The notes: generated by a model not told the origin, from the letters alone. Shown: positions 1 through 9,167, numbered from the stretch's first letter. The stretch is 64,000 nt of DNA from an uncultured Fidelibacterota bacterium (GCA_902578385.1 CACHCR010000001.1:62320-126319); one strand, 5' to 3'. Program-made: numbers and translations.

Positions 1-244
1 CCATTTCAATAATTAATAATTGTTCAACCATACTTTCTCTCGAAGATTCTAAAATTTCTTGATATATTAACGGATCAGTATTTGGATTTATTTTTTGTTG
101 AGCAGCTACAGCGTTTGCTGCCAATACAACATCACTCATCAAAACAATTTTATTTTCAACTACAGATGCAACTCTATCAAGCAATATTTCTTGTTGTGCC
201 TCGATAAAAGAGGTTATTAATAATATATATAATATTTTTTTCAT
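1..244 (-). CDS. SurA-like periplasmic chaperone/PPIase, N-terminal part only (gene runs off left edge of window)
   Basis: Hand translation of the minus strand from ATG 244..242 gives MKKILYILLITSFIEAQQEILLDRVASVVENKIVLMSDVVLAANAVAAQQKINPNTDPLIYQEILESSRESMVEQLLIIEM... It has a signal-peptide-like start, then the LDR-V-x-x-V-V-x-x-x-I pattern I associate with SurA N-terminal domains. The ATG overlaps the mnmG stop (ATGA). Absent from the ORF track because it is truncated. Confidence 0.45.
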   Translation of the reverse strand, partial: MKKILYILLITSFIEAQQEILLDRVASVVENKIVLMSDVVLAANAVAAQQKINPNTDPLIYQEILESSRESMVEQLLIIEM

Positions 245-2130
245 TTTTGTTTCACGTGAAACGGTCGTTTCAAATATACTAATAAAATTGAAATATCCGA
301 TGGCCTAATACCATTAATTCTTTGTGCTTGACCAACTGTTTGAGGCTTTATATTAATAAATTTTTCCCTACTTTCATTAGAAAGGCTTAAAATTGAATTA
401 TAATCAAATTCTTGAGGAATAATCATATCTTCATATATTTTAATTTTATCAATTTCCTCTTTTTGTCTATTTATATAACCGCTGTATTTAATAATTGTTT
501 CTGCTTCAAATAAAGTTTCTTTAATCATGTGTTTTGTTAACTTATTTGAGGATATTTTTATATCAATTTCAAAGTTTTTAATAGAAACCTTTGGTCTTTT
601 TAAAACTACAGACATTTTTGTTGGTTCTTTTATTTCTTTTTCATCCAAGGCCTTTAGACTCTTGTTAATTTTGTTTGGATCTATATTATTCTTTTCTAAA
701 TATTTTACAATTGAATTTGTTTTTTCAATTTTATATTGGAGTTGATCAAGTGTTTTTTCGTCGAGTAAACAATATTTTCGCGATATTGATAACAGTCTTT
801 GGTCTGCATTAGACGATCTCAGTTGCAACCTATATTCTGCTCTAGATGTAAACATTCTATAGGGCTCATTTGTATCTTTTAAAATTAAATCATCTATTAA
901 AACGCCAATATATGCATCGTTTCTTTTTAAAATAAGGGGATCTTCATTTAAAATATAACACGATGAGTTTATTCCAGCTATAATTCCCTGTGAAGATGCT
1001 TCTTCATATCCTGACGTTCCATTTATTTGCCCCGCCAAAAATAAACCTGAAATTGCCTTGCTTTCTAAGCTGTTTTTTAATTGTGAGGGATAGAAAAAAT
1101 CATACTCTATAGCGTAGCCAGGCCTTATAAATTTAACATTTTCTAAACCCCTTACTGTTTTTAAGCATTTTAACTGAACACTCTCGCTAAGACTTGTAGA
1201 AAATCCATTAACATATATTTGTTTGGATTTTGTCCACTCTGGCTCAAGCTGTAAAAGGTGAGAGGGGTTTGAGCTAAATTTATATACCTTATCCTCGATA
1301 GAGGGGCAGTATCTGGGTCCGGTTGCCATGTCTTTCCCTGAATACATTGCGGAAGAAGAAAGGTTATCTAAAATCATACCATGTGTTTTATTGTTTGTCC
1401 TAAATGAAAAACAAGGTTCATCTTTAGGTTTAAAATTTTTTGTTCTATAAGACAGGGGAGAGGGGTTTTTGTCTCCATAATCCGCACCCCCCACATTCCA
1501 GTTAATAGAATTTTTTTGAACCCTTGGTGGTGTTCCTGTTTTTAACCTTCCGGACAACAAACCAAAAGAGTTTAGATTTTCTGTAATTCCTTTAGCCCTT
1601 TTTTCGCCATATCTTCCAGCATTAATTTGTTTTTCTCCTATGTGTATTAATCCATTTAAAAAGGTTCCACAGGTTAATACTGCGGCAGAACAGGGTATTA
1701 AAGATTTATCTTTTAAAACAACACCACAAACAGTGTTGTTTTTAACCTTTAAAGAAACAACCTCCCCCTCTAAAACATCTAAACCAACATCACTAATATG
1801 TTTTTGAGCAATTTTTTCATAAAGATTCTTATCAATCTGAGACCTGGGAGACCAGACAGATCTACCCTTTGATTTGTTTAGTGTTTTGCTTTGAAGTGTT
1901 GACATATCAGCAAAAAAGCCCATTACACCTCCCAGCACATCAACCTCCTTTACCATTTGGCCCTTGGCCAGACCTCCCACGGCAGGATTACAAGACGTTC
2001 TGCCGACAGATTTTTTATCCATTGAAATTAATAGGGTTTTAACACCTCTTTTATGTGAAGAAAGGGCAGCCTCTATGCCGGCGTGACCACCACCAACTAC
2101 AACAACATCATATTTGTTTTTGTGTTTCAC
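241..2130 (-). CDS. mnmG: tRNA uridine 5-carboxymethylaminomethyl modification enzyme MnmG (GidA)
   Basis: 629 aa. N-terminal FAD motif YDVVVVGGGHAGIEAA. Full-length GidA-like sequence. GTG start at 2130..2128. Canonical position next to mnmE. Confidence 0.95.
   Translation of the reverse strand: MKHKNKYDVVVVGGGHAGIEAALSSHKRGVKTLLISMDKKSVGRTSCNPAVGGLAKGQMVKEVDVLGGVMGFFADMSTLQSKTLNKSKGRSVWSPRSQIDKNLYEKIAQKHISDVGLDVLEGEVVSLKVKNNTVCGVVLKDKSLIPCSAAVLTCGTFLNGLIHIGEKQINAGRYGEKRAKGITENLNSFGLLSGRLKTGTPPRVQKNSINWNVGGADYGDKNPSPLSYRTKNFKPKDEPCFSFRTNNKTHGMILDNLSSSAMYSGKDMATGPRYCPSIEDKVYKFSSNPSHLLQLEPEWTKSKQIYVNGFSTSLSESVQLKCLKTVRGLENVKFIRPGYAIEYDFFYPSQLKNSLESKAISGLFLAGQINGTSGYEEASSQGIIAGINSSCYILNEDPLILKRNDAYIGVLIDDLILKDTNEPYRMFTSRAEYRLQLRSSNADQRLLSISRKYCLLDEKTLDQLQYKIEKTNSIVKYLEKNNIDPNKINKSLKALDEKEIKEPTKMSVVLKRPKVSIKNFEIDIKISSNKLTKHMIKETLFEAETIIKYSGYINRQKEEIDKIKIYEDMIIPQEFDYNSILSLSNESREKFINIKPQTVGQAQRINGIRPSDISILLVYLKRPFHVKQK
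249..262. repeat. 14-bp perfect palindrome GTTTCACGTGAAAC, copy 1 (5 nt upstream of the surA-like ATG, inside the mnmG 3' end)
   Basis: Read directly from the sequence. A 15-nt identical string, TGTTTCACGTGAAAC, is also present at 2123..2137. Confidence 0.6.
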
Positions 2131-2137
2131 GTGAAAC
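2124..2137. repeat. 14-bp perfect palindrome GTTTCACGTGAAAC, copy 2 (spans the mnmE stop / mnmG GTG start junction)
   Basis: Read directly from the sequence. The mnmG GTG start (2130..2128) is the centre of the palindrome. The mnmE stop TAG is at 2137..2139. Confidence 0.6.
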
Positions 2138-3432
2138 TACTTTCCTACACAAAAAGAAGAGAAAACGGCATCTAAAACGTCATCCTTCGTTGTCTTTGAG
2201 GTTATATTATCTAAAAAGGATATTGCTCTGTTTAGGTCTTCTACGACAAGTTCTAAAGAGTTTTTTTCACTTAACAAAGCACAGGCACTTTTTAGCTGAT
2301 CTGCACAAGAACTAACCGCAAAGCACTGCCTCTTTGTTGTTAAAAGCACATTTTCGGTTATATTTTTATTTATTAATGACTTATATATTAGAGTTTTTAA
2401 CTCAGCTATATTTTTTCCGGTTTTTGCTGAAATACAAATGTCATATTTTTTGTTTTTATTGGGGTTTTTAACATCAATTTTATTAAAAACCTGCAGACTG
2501 TTTTTATTTTGACTGTTTTGATTGTTGTGGTTTAATAAAATTACCAAATCAGCATCCCTAGACTCTTCAACAGATCGAGCTACACCAAGCTTTTCTACCA
2601 CATCTACCGACCTGCGCAAGCCGGCGGTGTCTTTTAATAAAACAGGAAGACCGCCTATATAAATATTTTTTTCTATTACGTCTCTAGTTGTGCCCTCAAT
2701 ATCTGTAACTATTGATTGGTCTTTGTTTATTAGGGCATTAAAGAGGGTCGACTTTCCCGCATTTGGCGGACCAACAATAACAACAGAAGCGCCGTCTTGA
2801 AACATTCTGGATTCGTTAAAAGACTCTAATAAAGATGCCAGGGTTAACACCGTTTTTGTGAGAACGTTTAAAGAATTTTTAATAAGGTTTGGCTGAAGCT
2901 CGTCTTCTGAAATGTCCAAGTTGAACTCAAGGTTTGCAACCACCGAAATCAAGCTTTTTTTACACACACCTATTTCCTTTGAAAGGCCCCCCTTAAGGTT
3001 TTTAGCTCCAGCTTTTACACCAGCAATAGACTTTGAGTGAATAATAGAAGAAACGGCCTCTGCCTCCGAAAGATCCATTTTATCATTAAGGTACGACCTT
3101 TTTGTAAATTCGCCAGGCTCTGCCAGGCTTGCCCCTGCCGCAAGAGATAAATCAATAATTTTTGAAACAATAACAGGATTTCCGTGACATGAAATTTCAA
3201 CCATATTTTCACCCGTGTAAGAATTAGGCGCAAGGTACGTTGTTATAACAGCTTCATCAAAGACAACATCGTCTTTGTCAACGAGCAAATGAACGCCGGA
3301 GCCCACAGATTTTTTATGTAGATTGGCGCCCCTGATAAACGAGGACACATTTTTTAAAGCTCCCCTTCCAGAAACCCTAACAACAGCAATTCCGCTTATT
3401 CCTGGTGGGGTTGAACAGGCAACTATTGGCAA
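2137..3432 (-). CDS. mnmE: tRNA modification GTPase MnmE (TrmE)
   Basis: 431 aa. G1 motif GPPNAGKSTLFNAL, G3 motif DTAGLR, C-terminal FCVGK (C-x-G-K tail typical of MnmE). Confidence 0.95.
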   Translation of the reverse strand: MPIVACSTPPGISGIAVVRVSGRGALKNVSSFIRGANLHKKSVGSGVHLLVDKDDVVFDEAVITTYLAPNSYTGENMVEISCHGNPVIVSKIIDLSLAAGASLAEPGEFTKRSYLNDKMDLSEAEAVSSIIHSKSIAGVKAGAKNLKGGLSKEIGVCKKSLISVVANLEFNLDISEDELQPNLIKNSLNVLTKTVLTLASLLESFNESRMFQDGASVVIVGPPNAGKSTLFNALINKDQSIVTDIEGTTRDVIEKNIYIGGLPVLLKDTAGLRRSVDVVEKLGVARSVEESRDADLVILLNHNNQNSQNKNSLQVFNKIDVKNPNKNKKYDICISAKTGKNIAELKTLIYKSLINKNITENVLLTTKRQCFAVSSCADQLKSACALLSEKNSLELVVEDLNRAISFLDNITSKTTKDDVLDAVFSSFCVGK

Positions 3433-3447
3433 AACTTACGTCCTTTT

Positions 3448-5100
3448 TTATGATTTTTCGTTGTTGATTATTTTTTGTTGTGCTATTTGCATAATATTAA
3501 AACACAAATAGTATAAATTTAGCCCCGAAGGAAAAGAATAAAACAAAAAGAACATCATCCCCGGAAACATATACTTCATCATTTGTTGTGTTGCTTCCTG
3601 CGCCGGATCTCCCCCAGCGGGCTGAGAGGCTGAGCTAAGCTTCATTGTGTAATACATTGAGGCTGACATTAAAAACGGAAGAATGTTAATTGGAATCCCA
3701 CCGAGGCTAAAAAGAGTGTCTGCTGCAGACAGGTCGTTAATCCAAAAAACGAAAGATTCCCCCCTAAACTCTATAGTGTTTCTAAAGACCATAAACACCG
3801 ACATCAACACCGGCATTTGAATTAAAAGAGGAAGACATCCGGCAAGAGGGTTAATTTTATGTTCTTGAAAAAGAGCAGCCATTTTTTGTTGCTGGAGAGT
3901 TGGGTTGTTTTTGTATTTAATTTTAATGTTGTTCATAATAGGAGAAATTTCCTGCATCTTTTTAGACGATCTGAGTTGTTTAGCCATAAGGGGGTATGTA
4001 ACAAGCTTAATAAGAACCGCAAAAAGAACCACAACAACACCATAGTTTGGTATTAGTCCATATAGCAAAATCATAATGCTATATACCAACCAAGAAACAG
4101 AAGAAAGCCACTGCCAACCAAGAATTTTTTCTTCAAGACCCACACCCAAAGCTTCAACGCTTGTATAGTCAAGGGGTCCCAAATAAAGCTTGTTTTTTTC
4201 AAGGTTTATATCCTGTGTTATGTTTATGTCTACACCAGCCCTTGAGAAAGAGGGGTATTTATATAGTTCCACCATATCAGATTTTTGAGGAACAAAAAAT
4301 ACACCAAAGTACTTGGTTCTATATCCAGCAAAGTCCACCAAACCAACATATTTTTTAGTTTCTTCGCTAATGCTTTTTGTGTTTGAAGGTCCAAAAAAGC
4401 CAGCAGAACCAACCCTAAAAGACTCAATACTACCAACCTGACTAACCAAACCCTCCATAAACATGGCATCTTGTGAACCCTCGTGTTCGGGAAGACCCCC
4501 AACCCAAGATAAAATATATTTTTCATCAAGAGAGCTTTCTTTTATTTCCCTTAGGCTAACATCAACATCAACCTCATAAGAATTATAATAAAAAGTAAGC
4601 TTTTTAGTTACCGGTTGACCCATATAAGCTGTTTCAAAAACCATTGAAGAGCTGCGATTTTCTTCTGAAAGAACAACAGAACCACCAGACACAATAGACC
4701 AAAGTTCGTCCAAAACAACAACTTCGCCCGACTGGTTAATAAAGCTTACAACCAGGTTTTTTTTGTTTTGATTGTCAATTAAGCCCAAAGACTCTTCTGA
4801 GCTTTTAAGGTGTTTTTTTAGATTAAAAGAAAAAATAGAGCCACCCGCAAGATTGTTTATTTGTGCAACATAAGATCCCCCGTCAACGACAAGCGTTTCA
4901 CTCTCTATGTTGTTTTCTGGCGCCCCTGTTTTTTTGAGAACTTTTTGATCTTGTTTAGAATATTTTTCAACAACAGTTGTGTCAGCCGAGGGTAGGTCTT
5001 TAGGATCTTTTTCAGAAGGAGAAATAAGCTCAAGATAGCTTGGCCACAATAATAATATTGCACCGATTAAAATAAAACCAGTGAGAGTTTTGCGATCCAT
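3448..5100 (-). CDS. yidC: Membrane protein insertase YidC (long Gram-negative type with periplasmic domain)
   Basis: 550 aa. N-terminal TM segment, large periplasmic region, and a C-terminal 5-TM core containing PLAGCLPLLIQMPVLMSVF. Canonical position near rpmH and mnmE. Confidence 0.9.
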   Translation of the reverse strand: MDRKTLTGFILIGAILLLWPSYLELISPSEKDPKDLPSADTTVVEKYSKQDQKVLKKTGAPENNIESETLVVDGGSYVAQINNLAGGSIFSFNLKKHLKSSEESLGLIDNQNKKNLVVSFINQSGEVVVLDELWSIVSGGSVVLSEENRSSSMVFETAYMGQPVTKKLTFYYNSYEVDVDVSLREIKESSLDEKYILSWVGGLPEHEGSQDAMFMEGLVSQVGSIESFRVGSAGFFGPSNTKSISEETKKYVGLVDFAGYRTKYFGVFFVPQKSDMVELYKYPSFSRAGVDINITQDINLEKNKLYLGPLDYTSVEALGVGLEEKILGWQWLSSVSWLVYSIMILLYGLIPNYGVVVVLFAVLIKLVTYPLMAKQLRSSKKMQEISPIMNNIKIKYKNNPTLQQQKMAALFQEHKINPLAGCLPLLIQMPVLMSVFMVFRNTIEFRGESFVFWINDLSAADTLFSLGGIPINILPFLMSASMYYTMKLSSASQPAGGDPAQEATQQMMKYMFPGMMFFLFYSFPSGLNLYYLCFNIMQIAQQKIINNEKS

Positions 5101-5101
5101 T

Positions 5102-5242
5102 TTATGAAGAAACGGTAAGACGTTTACGACCCTTTTTCATGCGGGAAGACAAAACCTTTTTTCCACCAACGGTCGACTTTCTTTTCATAAAACCGTGCTT
5201 GTTTTTCCTTTTTCTGTTGCTAGGCTGATACGTTCTTTTCAT
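5102..5242 (-). CDS. rpmH: 50S ribosomal protein L34
   Basis: Not in the ORF track (46 aa). Hand translation of the minus strand gives [46 protein letters not shown], the classic L34 sequence. Stop TAA at 5104..5102, one nt from the yidC ATG (5100). Confidence 0.9.
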   Translation of the reverse strand: MKRTYQPSNRKRKNKHGFMKRKSTVGGKKVLSSRMKKGRKRLTVSS

Positions 5243-5258
5243 AATAATGTATTGCCGA

Positions 5259-5286
5259 AATATAGTCCAATTAAACTATTTGTAAA
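5259..5286 (-). promoter_or_regulatory. Candidate sigma70-type promoter for rpmH (-35 TTTACA, 16-nt spacer, -10 TATATT on minus strand)
   Basis: The minus strand reads TTTACA aatagtttaattggac TATATT, about 17 nt upstream of the rpmH ATG. Consensus match only; no experimental support. Confidence 0.3.
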
Positions 5287-5383
5287 ACAAATAAAACCAC
5301 ACACAAAAACCAAAAAAGTCTATGCAAGAACAAAAAAAGAGCGTAAAGTAGTGGAATATGAACATAAAAATATGTTAATAACG

Positions 5384-5392
5384 TGTGGATAA
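5384..5392 (+). promoter_or_regulatory. Perfect DnaA box (TGTGGATAA = complement of TTATCCACA), 3 nt upstream of the dnaA ATG
   Basis: Exact 9-mer read from the sequence. It lies in the AT-rich 153-bp rpmH-dnaA divergent spacer. Confidence 0.6.
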
Positions 5393-5395
5393 CTT

Positions 5396-6736
5396 ATGAA
5401 CTATAAAGAAATTTGGAAAAAAACAGAGGAAGACCTTAAAACAAGCCTACCTGCGCACGCTTATGAGGCCTGGATAGAAACCCTTTCTCCCGTTGGCGTT
5501 ACAAACCAGATATTTATACTAGAAGCGCCCAACCAGTTTGCCTATGACTGGATTATAAACAACTACCACGATATAATTTTATCTTCTTTGAGGGTGGTGG
5601 AAAAAGATCTTGAGCTTAAAATTTCTATTGCTCCCCAATCAGAACAAAACATTTCATCTACAGAGCTTGACCACGAAGAGCCCACAAAACAAAGCAATGC
5701 AGGAAAAAGAAGCAACATTAACCCAGCAAACATTTTTTCTGCTTTTATAGAGGGACCAAACAATGTTTTTGCAAAAAATGCAGCACACAAGGTTGCAAAC
5801 ACCCCCGGATCTTCTGACTTTAACCCGCTTATTATATATGGCGGTGTGGGTTTAGGAAAAACCCACCTTTTACACTCAATTGCAAACGAGCTTATAGGCT
5901 CCAAAAAACAACTTAATGTTGTTTTGGCCTCTTCAGAAAAATTTACAAACGACTTTATTGCCAGCATCCAAGAAAACAAAACACTAGACTTTTCAAAAGT
6001 TTATAGAAAAGCTGATGTCCTGTTAATTGACGATATTCAGTTTTTTCAAGGCAAAGAACAAACACAAGAACAGTTTTTTCACACCTTCAACGAGCTTTAT
6101 ACAAGCGGCAAACAAATAGTTATGACAGCAGACAGGTATCCCGGTGAAATGGTTGGTCTTCAAGACAGGCTTTTGTCAAGGTTTGAGTCTGGTCTCCACG
6201 CAGATATACAGCCACCCGACTTTGAAACCCGGGTTGCAATTTTATCAACAAAGGCAAAACAAAACAACGTCAAAATTGAAGGAAGACACCTTGAAAAAAT
6301 TGCATCACACGTCCGAACAAACATTAGAGACCTTGAGAGCTGTGTAACAAAAATATTTGCACACGCCACCCTTTCGGGGGACAAAATTAATGAGGCGCTG
6401 GTTGAGTCTATAATAAGAGAAAGGCTTGGTGATCAGGGTTACGGACAGGTCAACATGCAAGATGTTGTAAGCGGTGTTTGTGGAATATTTTCTGTTTCTC
6501 AAGAAGAGATGGTAGGCCAGTCAAGAAGAAAAAACATTGCAGAAGCAAGGCAAGTTGCAGCATACATGGCTCGAGAAGTTTTAGACATGCCGCTGAGCGA
6601 AATAGGCGTACACCTAGGAGGAAGAGATCACACAACAATTATGCACGCACACAAAAAGGTCTCAGAACTATTAAAAAAAGACGATAAATTTAAAAGAAGA
6701 GTAGATATAATTTATAACGAGCTAAATCTTAGCTAA
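5396..6736 (+). CDS. dnaA: Chromosomal replication initiator DnaA
   Basis: 446 aa. Walker A GGVGLGKTHLL, Walker B/sensor region LLIDDIQFFQGKEQTQEQFFHTFN, C-terminal DNA-binding helix region GGRDHTTIMHAHKKV. Confidence 0.95.
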   Translation: MNYKEIWKKTEEDLKTSLPAHAYEAWIETLSPVGVTNQIFILEAPNQFAYDWIINNYHDIILSSLRVVEKDLELKISIAPQSEQNISSTELDHEEPTKQSNAGKRSNINPANIFSAFIEGPNNVFAKNAAHKVANTPGSSDFNPLIIYGGVGLGKTHLLHSIANELIGSKKQLNVVLASSEKFTNDFIASIQENKTLDFSKVYRKADVLLIDDIQFFQGKEQTQEQFFHTFNELYTSGKQIVMTADRYPGEMVGLQDRLLSRFESGLHADIQPPDFETRVAILSTKAKQNNVKIEGRHLEKIASHVRTNIRDLESCVTKIFAHATLSGDKINEALVESIIRERLGDQGYGQVNMQDVVSGVCGIFSVSQEEMVGQSRRKNIAEARQVAAYMAREVLDMPLSEIGVHLGGRDHTTIMHAHKKVSELLKKDDKFKRRVDIIYNELNLS

Positions 6737-6746
6737 AGGAAGAAAG

Positions 6747-7190
6747 ATGGCAAAAGGAACAGTAAACAAAGTAACACTTATAGGAAGGCTTGGTCAAGAC
6801 CCCGAAATAAGGTTTACAGGAGATGGAGCGGCGGTTGCTAGTTTTAGCGTAGCCACCAACGAATCTTGGAAATCAAAAGACGGAGAGACACAAGAAAGAA
6901 CTGAGTGGACAAAGGTCACGGTGTTTGGTTCTACTGCAGAAAAATATGTACAGCCATATGTCAAAAAGGGAACGTTAGTTTATATAGAAGGTTCTTTAAA
7001 AACTGACAAATGGCAAGACAAAGAAGGTAACGACAGATATTCAACCGGAGTTGTGGCAAACAATTACGGAGGGGTACAAATACTGGGTGGAGGAGAAGGC
7101 GCCTTAGATTCTTCTTCTGGTATGAACCAAGAGCCTGTAAAAAAAGAAAATCTAGATCAAACAGTAGAAGACGACGACCTACCTTTTTAA
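6747..7190 (+). CDS. ssb: Single-stranded DNA-binding protein
   Basis: 147 aa. OB-fold N-terminus NKVTLIGRLGQDPEIRFT, a Gly-rich linker, and the acidic tip DDDLPF at the C-terminus. Confidence 0.95.
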   Translation: MAKGTVNKVTLIGRLGQDPEIRFTGDGAAVASFSVATNESWKSKDGETQERTEWTKVTVFGSTAEKYVQPYVKKGTLVYIEGSLKTDKWQDKEGNDRYSTGVVANNYGGVQILGGGEGALDSSSGMNQEPVKKENLDQTVEDDDLPF

Positions 7191-7193
7191 AAA

Positions 7194-7811
7194 ATGAGAG
7201 AACCCCACCCAAGAAGCTGGCCAATAAGGTATGTTATTGGGGTCTTTTCGCTTTTTCTTTGTAGTGTTCTTACAAAATTTTCTGTTGAGGGTAAAAACAA
7301 CCTGCCTCCAACAGGGCCATATATATTGGCGCCAAACCACATAGACGATGTTGACCCAGCACCAATCACAGCTGCGGTTGTTAAGCCTATCACATATCTT
7401 ATGGCAGAAGACCAAGCGGAGCTTCCTTGGTACAAGGCGTGGGGACCCTGGTCTTATGGGGTTATGTTGGTAAACAGATCAAACCTTCAGATTTCTACGA
7501 TAAAAAACATTCAAAAACAAATACAAAAAAAAGAGATAATTTGCATTTTCCCGGAAGGAACCATAAAAGGAGAAGGGCTTAAAAAAGGGAAAAAAGGGGT
7601 TGCATATTTTGCAATAAAAAACGAAATACCAATCATTCCTACCGCCGTCATAGGGACTAAGGGAATTTTAGAAAAAGCAAGAGCAATGAAAAGAGAAAGG
7701 GTGAAGGTTGTTTTTGGAAACCCTATATTTACAAAGAGCGGAGACAGTGTTGATGACATAACCGCAAAAACAATGCAGGAAATTAAAAAATTATTACCTA
7801 AAAACTATTAA
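7194..7811 (+). CDS. plsC: 1-acyl-sn-glycerol-3-phosphate acyltransferase family protein
   Basis: 205 aa. Acyltransferase motifs NHIDDVD (H-x4-D) and FPEGT. Confidence 0.8.
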   Translation: MREPHPRSWPIRYVIGVFSLFLCSVLTKFSVEGKNNLPPTGPYILAPNHIDDVDPAPITAAVVKPITYLMAEDQAELPWYKAWGPWSYGVMLVNRSNLQISTIKNIQKQIQKKEIICIFPEGTIKGEGLKKGKKGVAYFAIKNEIPIIPTAVIGTKGILEKARAMKRERVKVVFGNPIFTKSGDSVDDITAKTMQEIKKLLPKNY

Positions 7812-7825
7812 AAGGGAGAAAAACG

Positions 7826-8161
7826 ATGAACATAGAACTATTGACAACAGTACTCAAAATTGTGATTTCAACAGCCCTGTTTTTTGTTTGGGTTGTAAGG
7901 TATGACAACATAATTACAGAGTTTAGAAAAGACTACAATTACCCAGACTGGTTAAGAGACCTTACGGGGATTGCAAAACTTTCTTGTGCAGCAATGTTGT
8001 TGAGCACAAACCAAGACTTAAATGAGCTGGGACTAAAAGGAATTATAACATTAATGGTGTTTGCAATACTTACACACATAAGGGTAAAAAGCTCTTTTAG
8101 AAAGGCTGTTCCTTCGGTGGCACTAATGTCTCTTTGTCTTGCACTTCTTTATTTTGGCTAG
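7826..8161 (+). CDS. Small multi-pass membrane protein (DoxX-like?), function unknown
   Basis: 111 aa with three or four hydrophobic segments. The DoxX-like assignment is only an impression. Confidence 0.35.
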   Translation: MNIELLTTVLKIVISTALFFVWVVRYDNIITEFRKDYNYPDWLRDLTGIAKLSCAAMLLSTNQDLNELGLKGIITLMVFAILTHIRVKSSFRKAVPSVALMSLCLALLYFG

Positions 8162-9159
8162 CTGTTAACAAAAACAACCTTACCAACAACGCCACGCTTA
8201 GCAATTTTTTCAATTGCTGCAACAGAGTCCGACATTGGGATGGTTTCAGATATAAAGGGAGTTAGTTTTCCAGCCCCCAAAAGCTCACCTATTTCTTTTA
8301 GGTTTTGAGCGTTTTGTTTCGGCTCCTCCTGCTGAAAGCGCCCTATAAAGACGCCAGAGACAGCACAACCCTTTAACAACATAAGGTTGGTTGGAAAAGA
8401 CGGAATTTTTCCCGCAGCAAAACCAACAACAAGATATGTTCCTCCCCAACCAATAGATCTTAAAGCCGGCTCAGCAAAACAGTCGCCTATTGGATCGTAA
8501 ATTATTGAAAAACCGCCGCGAACGCTCTTGGACTTTAGCTCTTTTGTAAACGCTTTTTGACCCTCTTTGTTAAGTTTTTCTTCACCATAAACGACAACAT
8601 CGTCAACGCCATACCCAGCACACACCTCAGCCTTTTCTTTAGTAGAAACAGCGGCCACAACCCTAGCCCCAAAAGATTTTGCAATGTCTACAGCAGCCAA
8701 ACCAACACCACCGGCGGCCCCCAAAACTAGAACTTCATCATCCTTGTTGATGTCCGCCCTTTGAACAAGGGCATGATAGCTTGTGCCATAAACCATAAAA
8801 ACACCAGCTGCAATGTGGAAAGGAAAGCTTTCAGGAATTGGGAATGCCATCTGTGCAGGTAACACAATCTTTTCTGCAAAAGCGCCAAAGCCTTTAAAAA
8901 AAGCAACACTATCCCCAACGCTATGCATATCAACACCCTCTCCAACCGAAGAAACAACCCCAGCACCTTCATGTCCCGGCGAAAAAGGCCTTTCTGGCTG
9001 AAATTGATAAAGGCCCTGAACAATAAGGCTGTCAGGGTAATTTAGGCCAGCCGCCTTTATGTCCACAACGACCTCGCCCGGACCGGCAACAGGGTCTGCC
9101 ACCTCTTCCCAAACAAGATCTGAAACCGGCGCAAACTTCTTACAAATAATAGCTTTCAT
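8158..9159 (-). CDS. NADPH:quinone oxidoreductase / zeta-crystallin-like medium-chain dehydrogenase
   Basis: 333 aa. MDR fold pattern GHEGAGVVSSVGEGV and Rossmann motif VLVLGAAGGVGLAAVDIAK. Begins 8 nt downstream of the purH stop on the same strand. Confidence 0.8.
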   Translation of the reverse strand: MKAIICKKFAPVSDLVWEEVADPVAGPGEVVVDIKAAGLNYPDSLIVQGLYQFQPERPFSPGHEGAGVVSSVGEGVDMHSVGDSVAFFKGFGAFAEKIVLPAQMAFPIPESFPFHIAAGVFMVYGTSYHALVQRADINKDDEVLVLGAAGGVGLAAVDIAKSFGARVVAAVSTKEKAEVCAGYGVDDVVVYGEEKLNKEGQKAFTKELKSKSVRGGFSIIYDPIGDCFAEPALRSIGWGGTYLVVGFAAGKIPSFPTNLMLLKGCAVSGVFIGRFQQEEPKQNAQNLKEIGELLGAGKLTPFISETIPMSDSVAAIEKIAKRGVVGKVVFVNS

Positions 9160-9167
9160 AGTTACTC

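Noticed and set aside
5293-5360. Additional DnaA-box-like 9-mers (AAAACCACA, AGTGGAATA) in the rpmH-dnaA spacer
   Set aside because: Each has three mismatches to TTATCCACA, which is indistinguishable from background in AT-rich DNA.
5563-5979. 138-aa ORF antisense to dnaA. Similar antisense ORFs occur at 12425..12748 (purD), 16608..16979 (purC), 62379..62696 (carB), 33488..33790 and 33254..33544 (mgtE), and there are many 60-100-aa ORFs in the track.
   Set aside because: All are nested in or opposite strongly supported conserved genes. Their compositions look like reverse-frame artefacts, and I see no independent signals.
8158-8161. Convergent DoxX-like and qor genes share overlapping stop codons within GCTAGC
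   Set aside because: It is a real feature but a trivial consequence of compact convergent genes. No functional implication can be supported.
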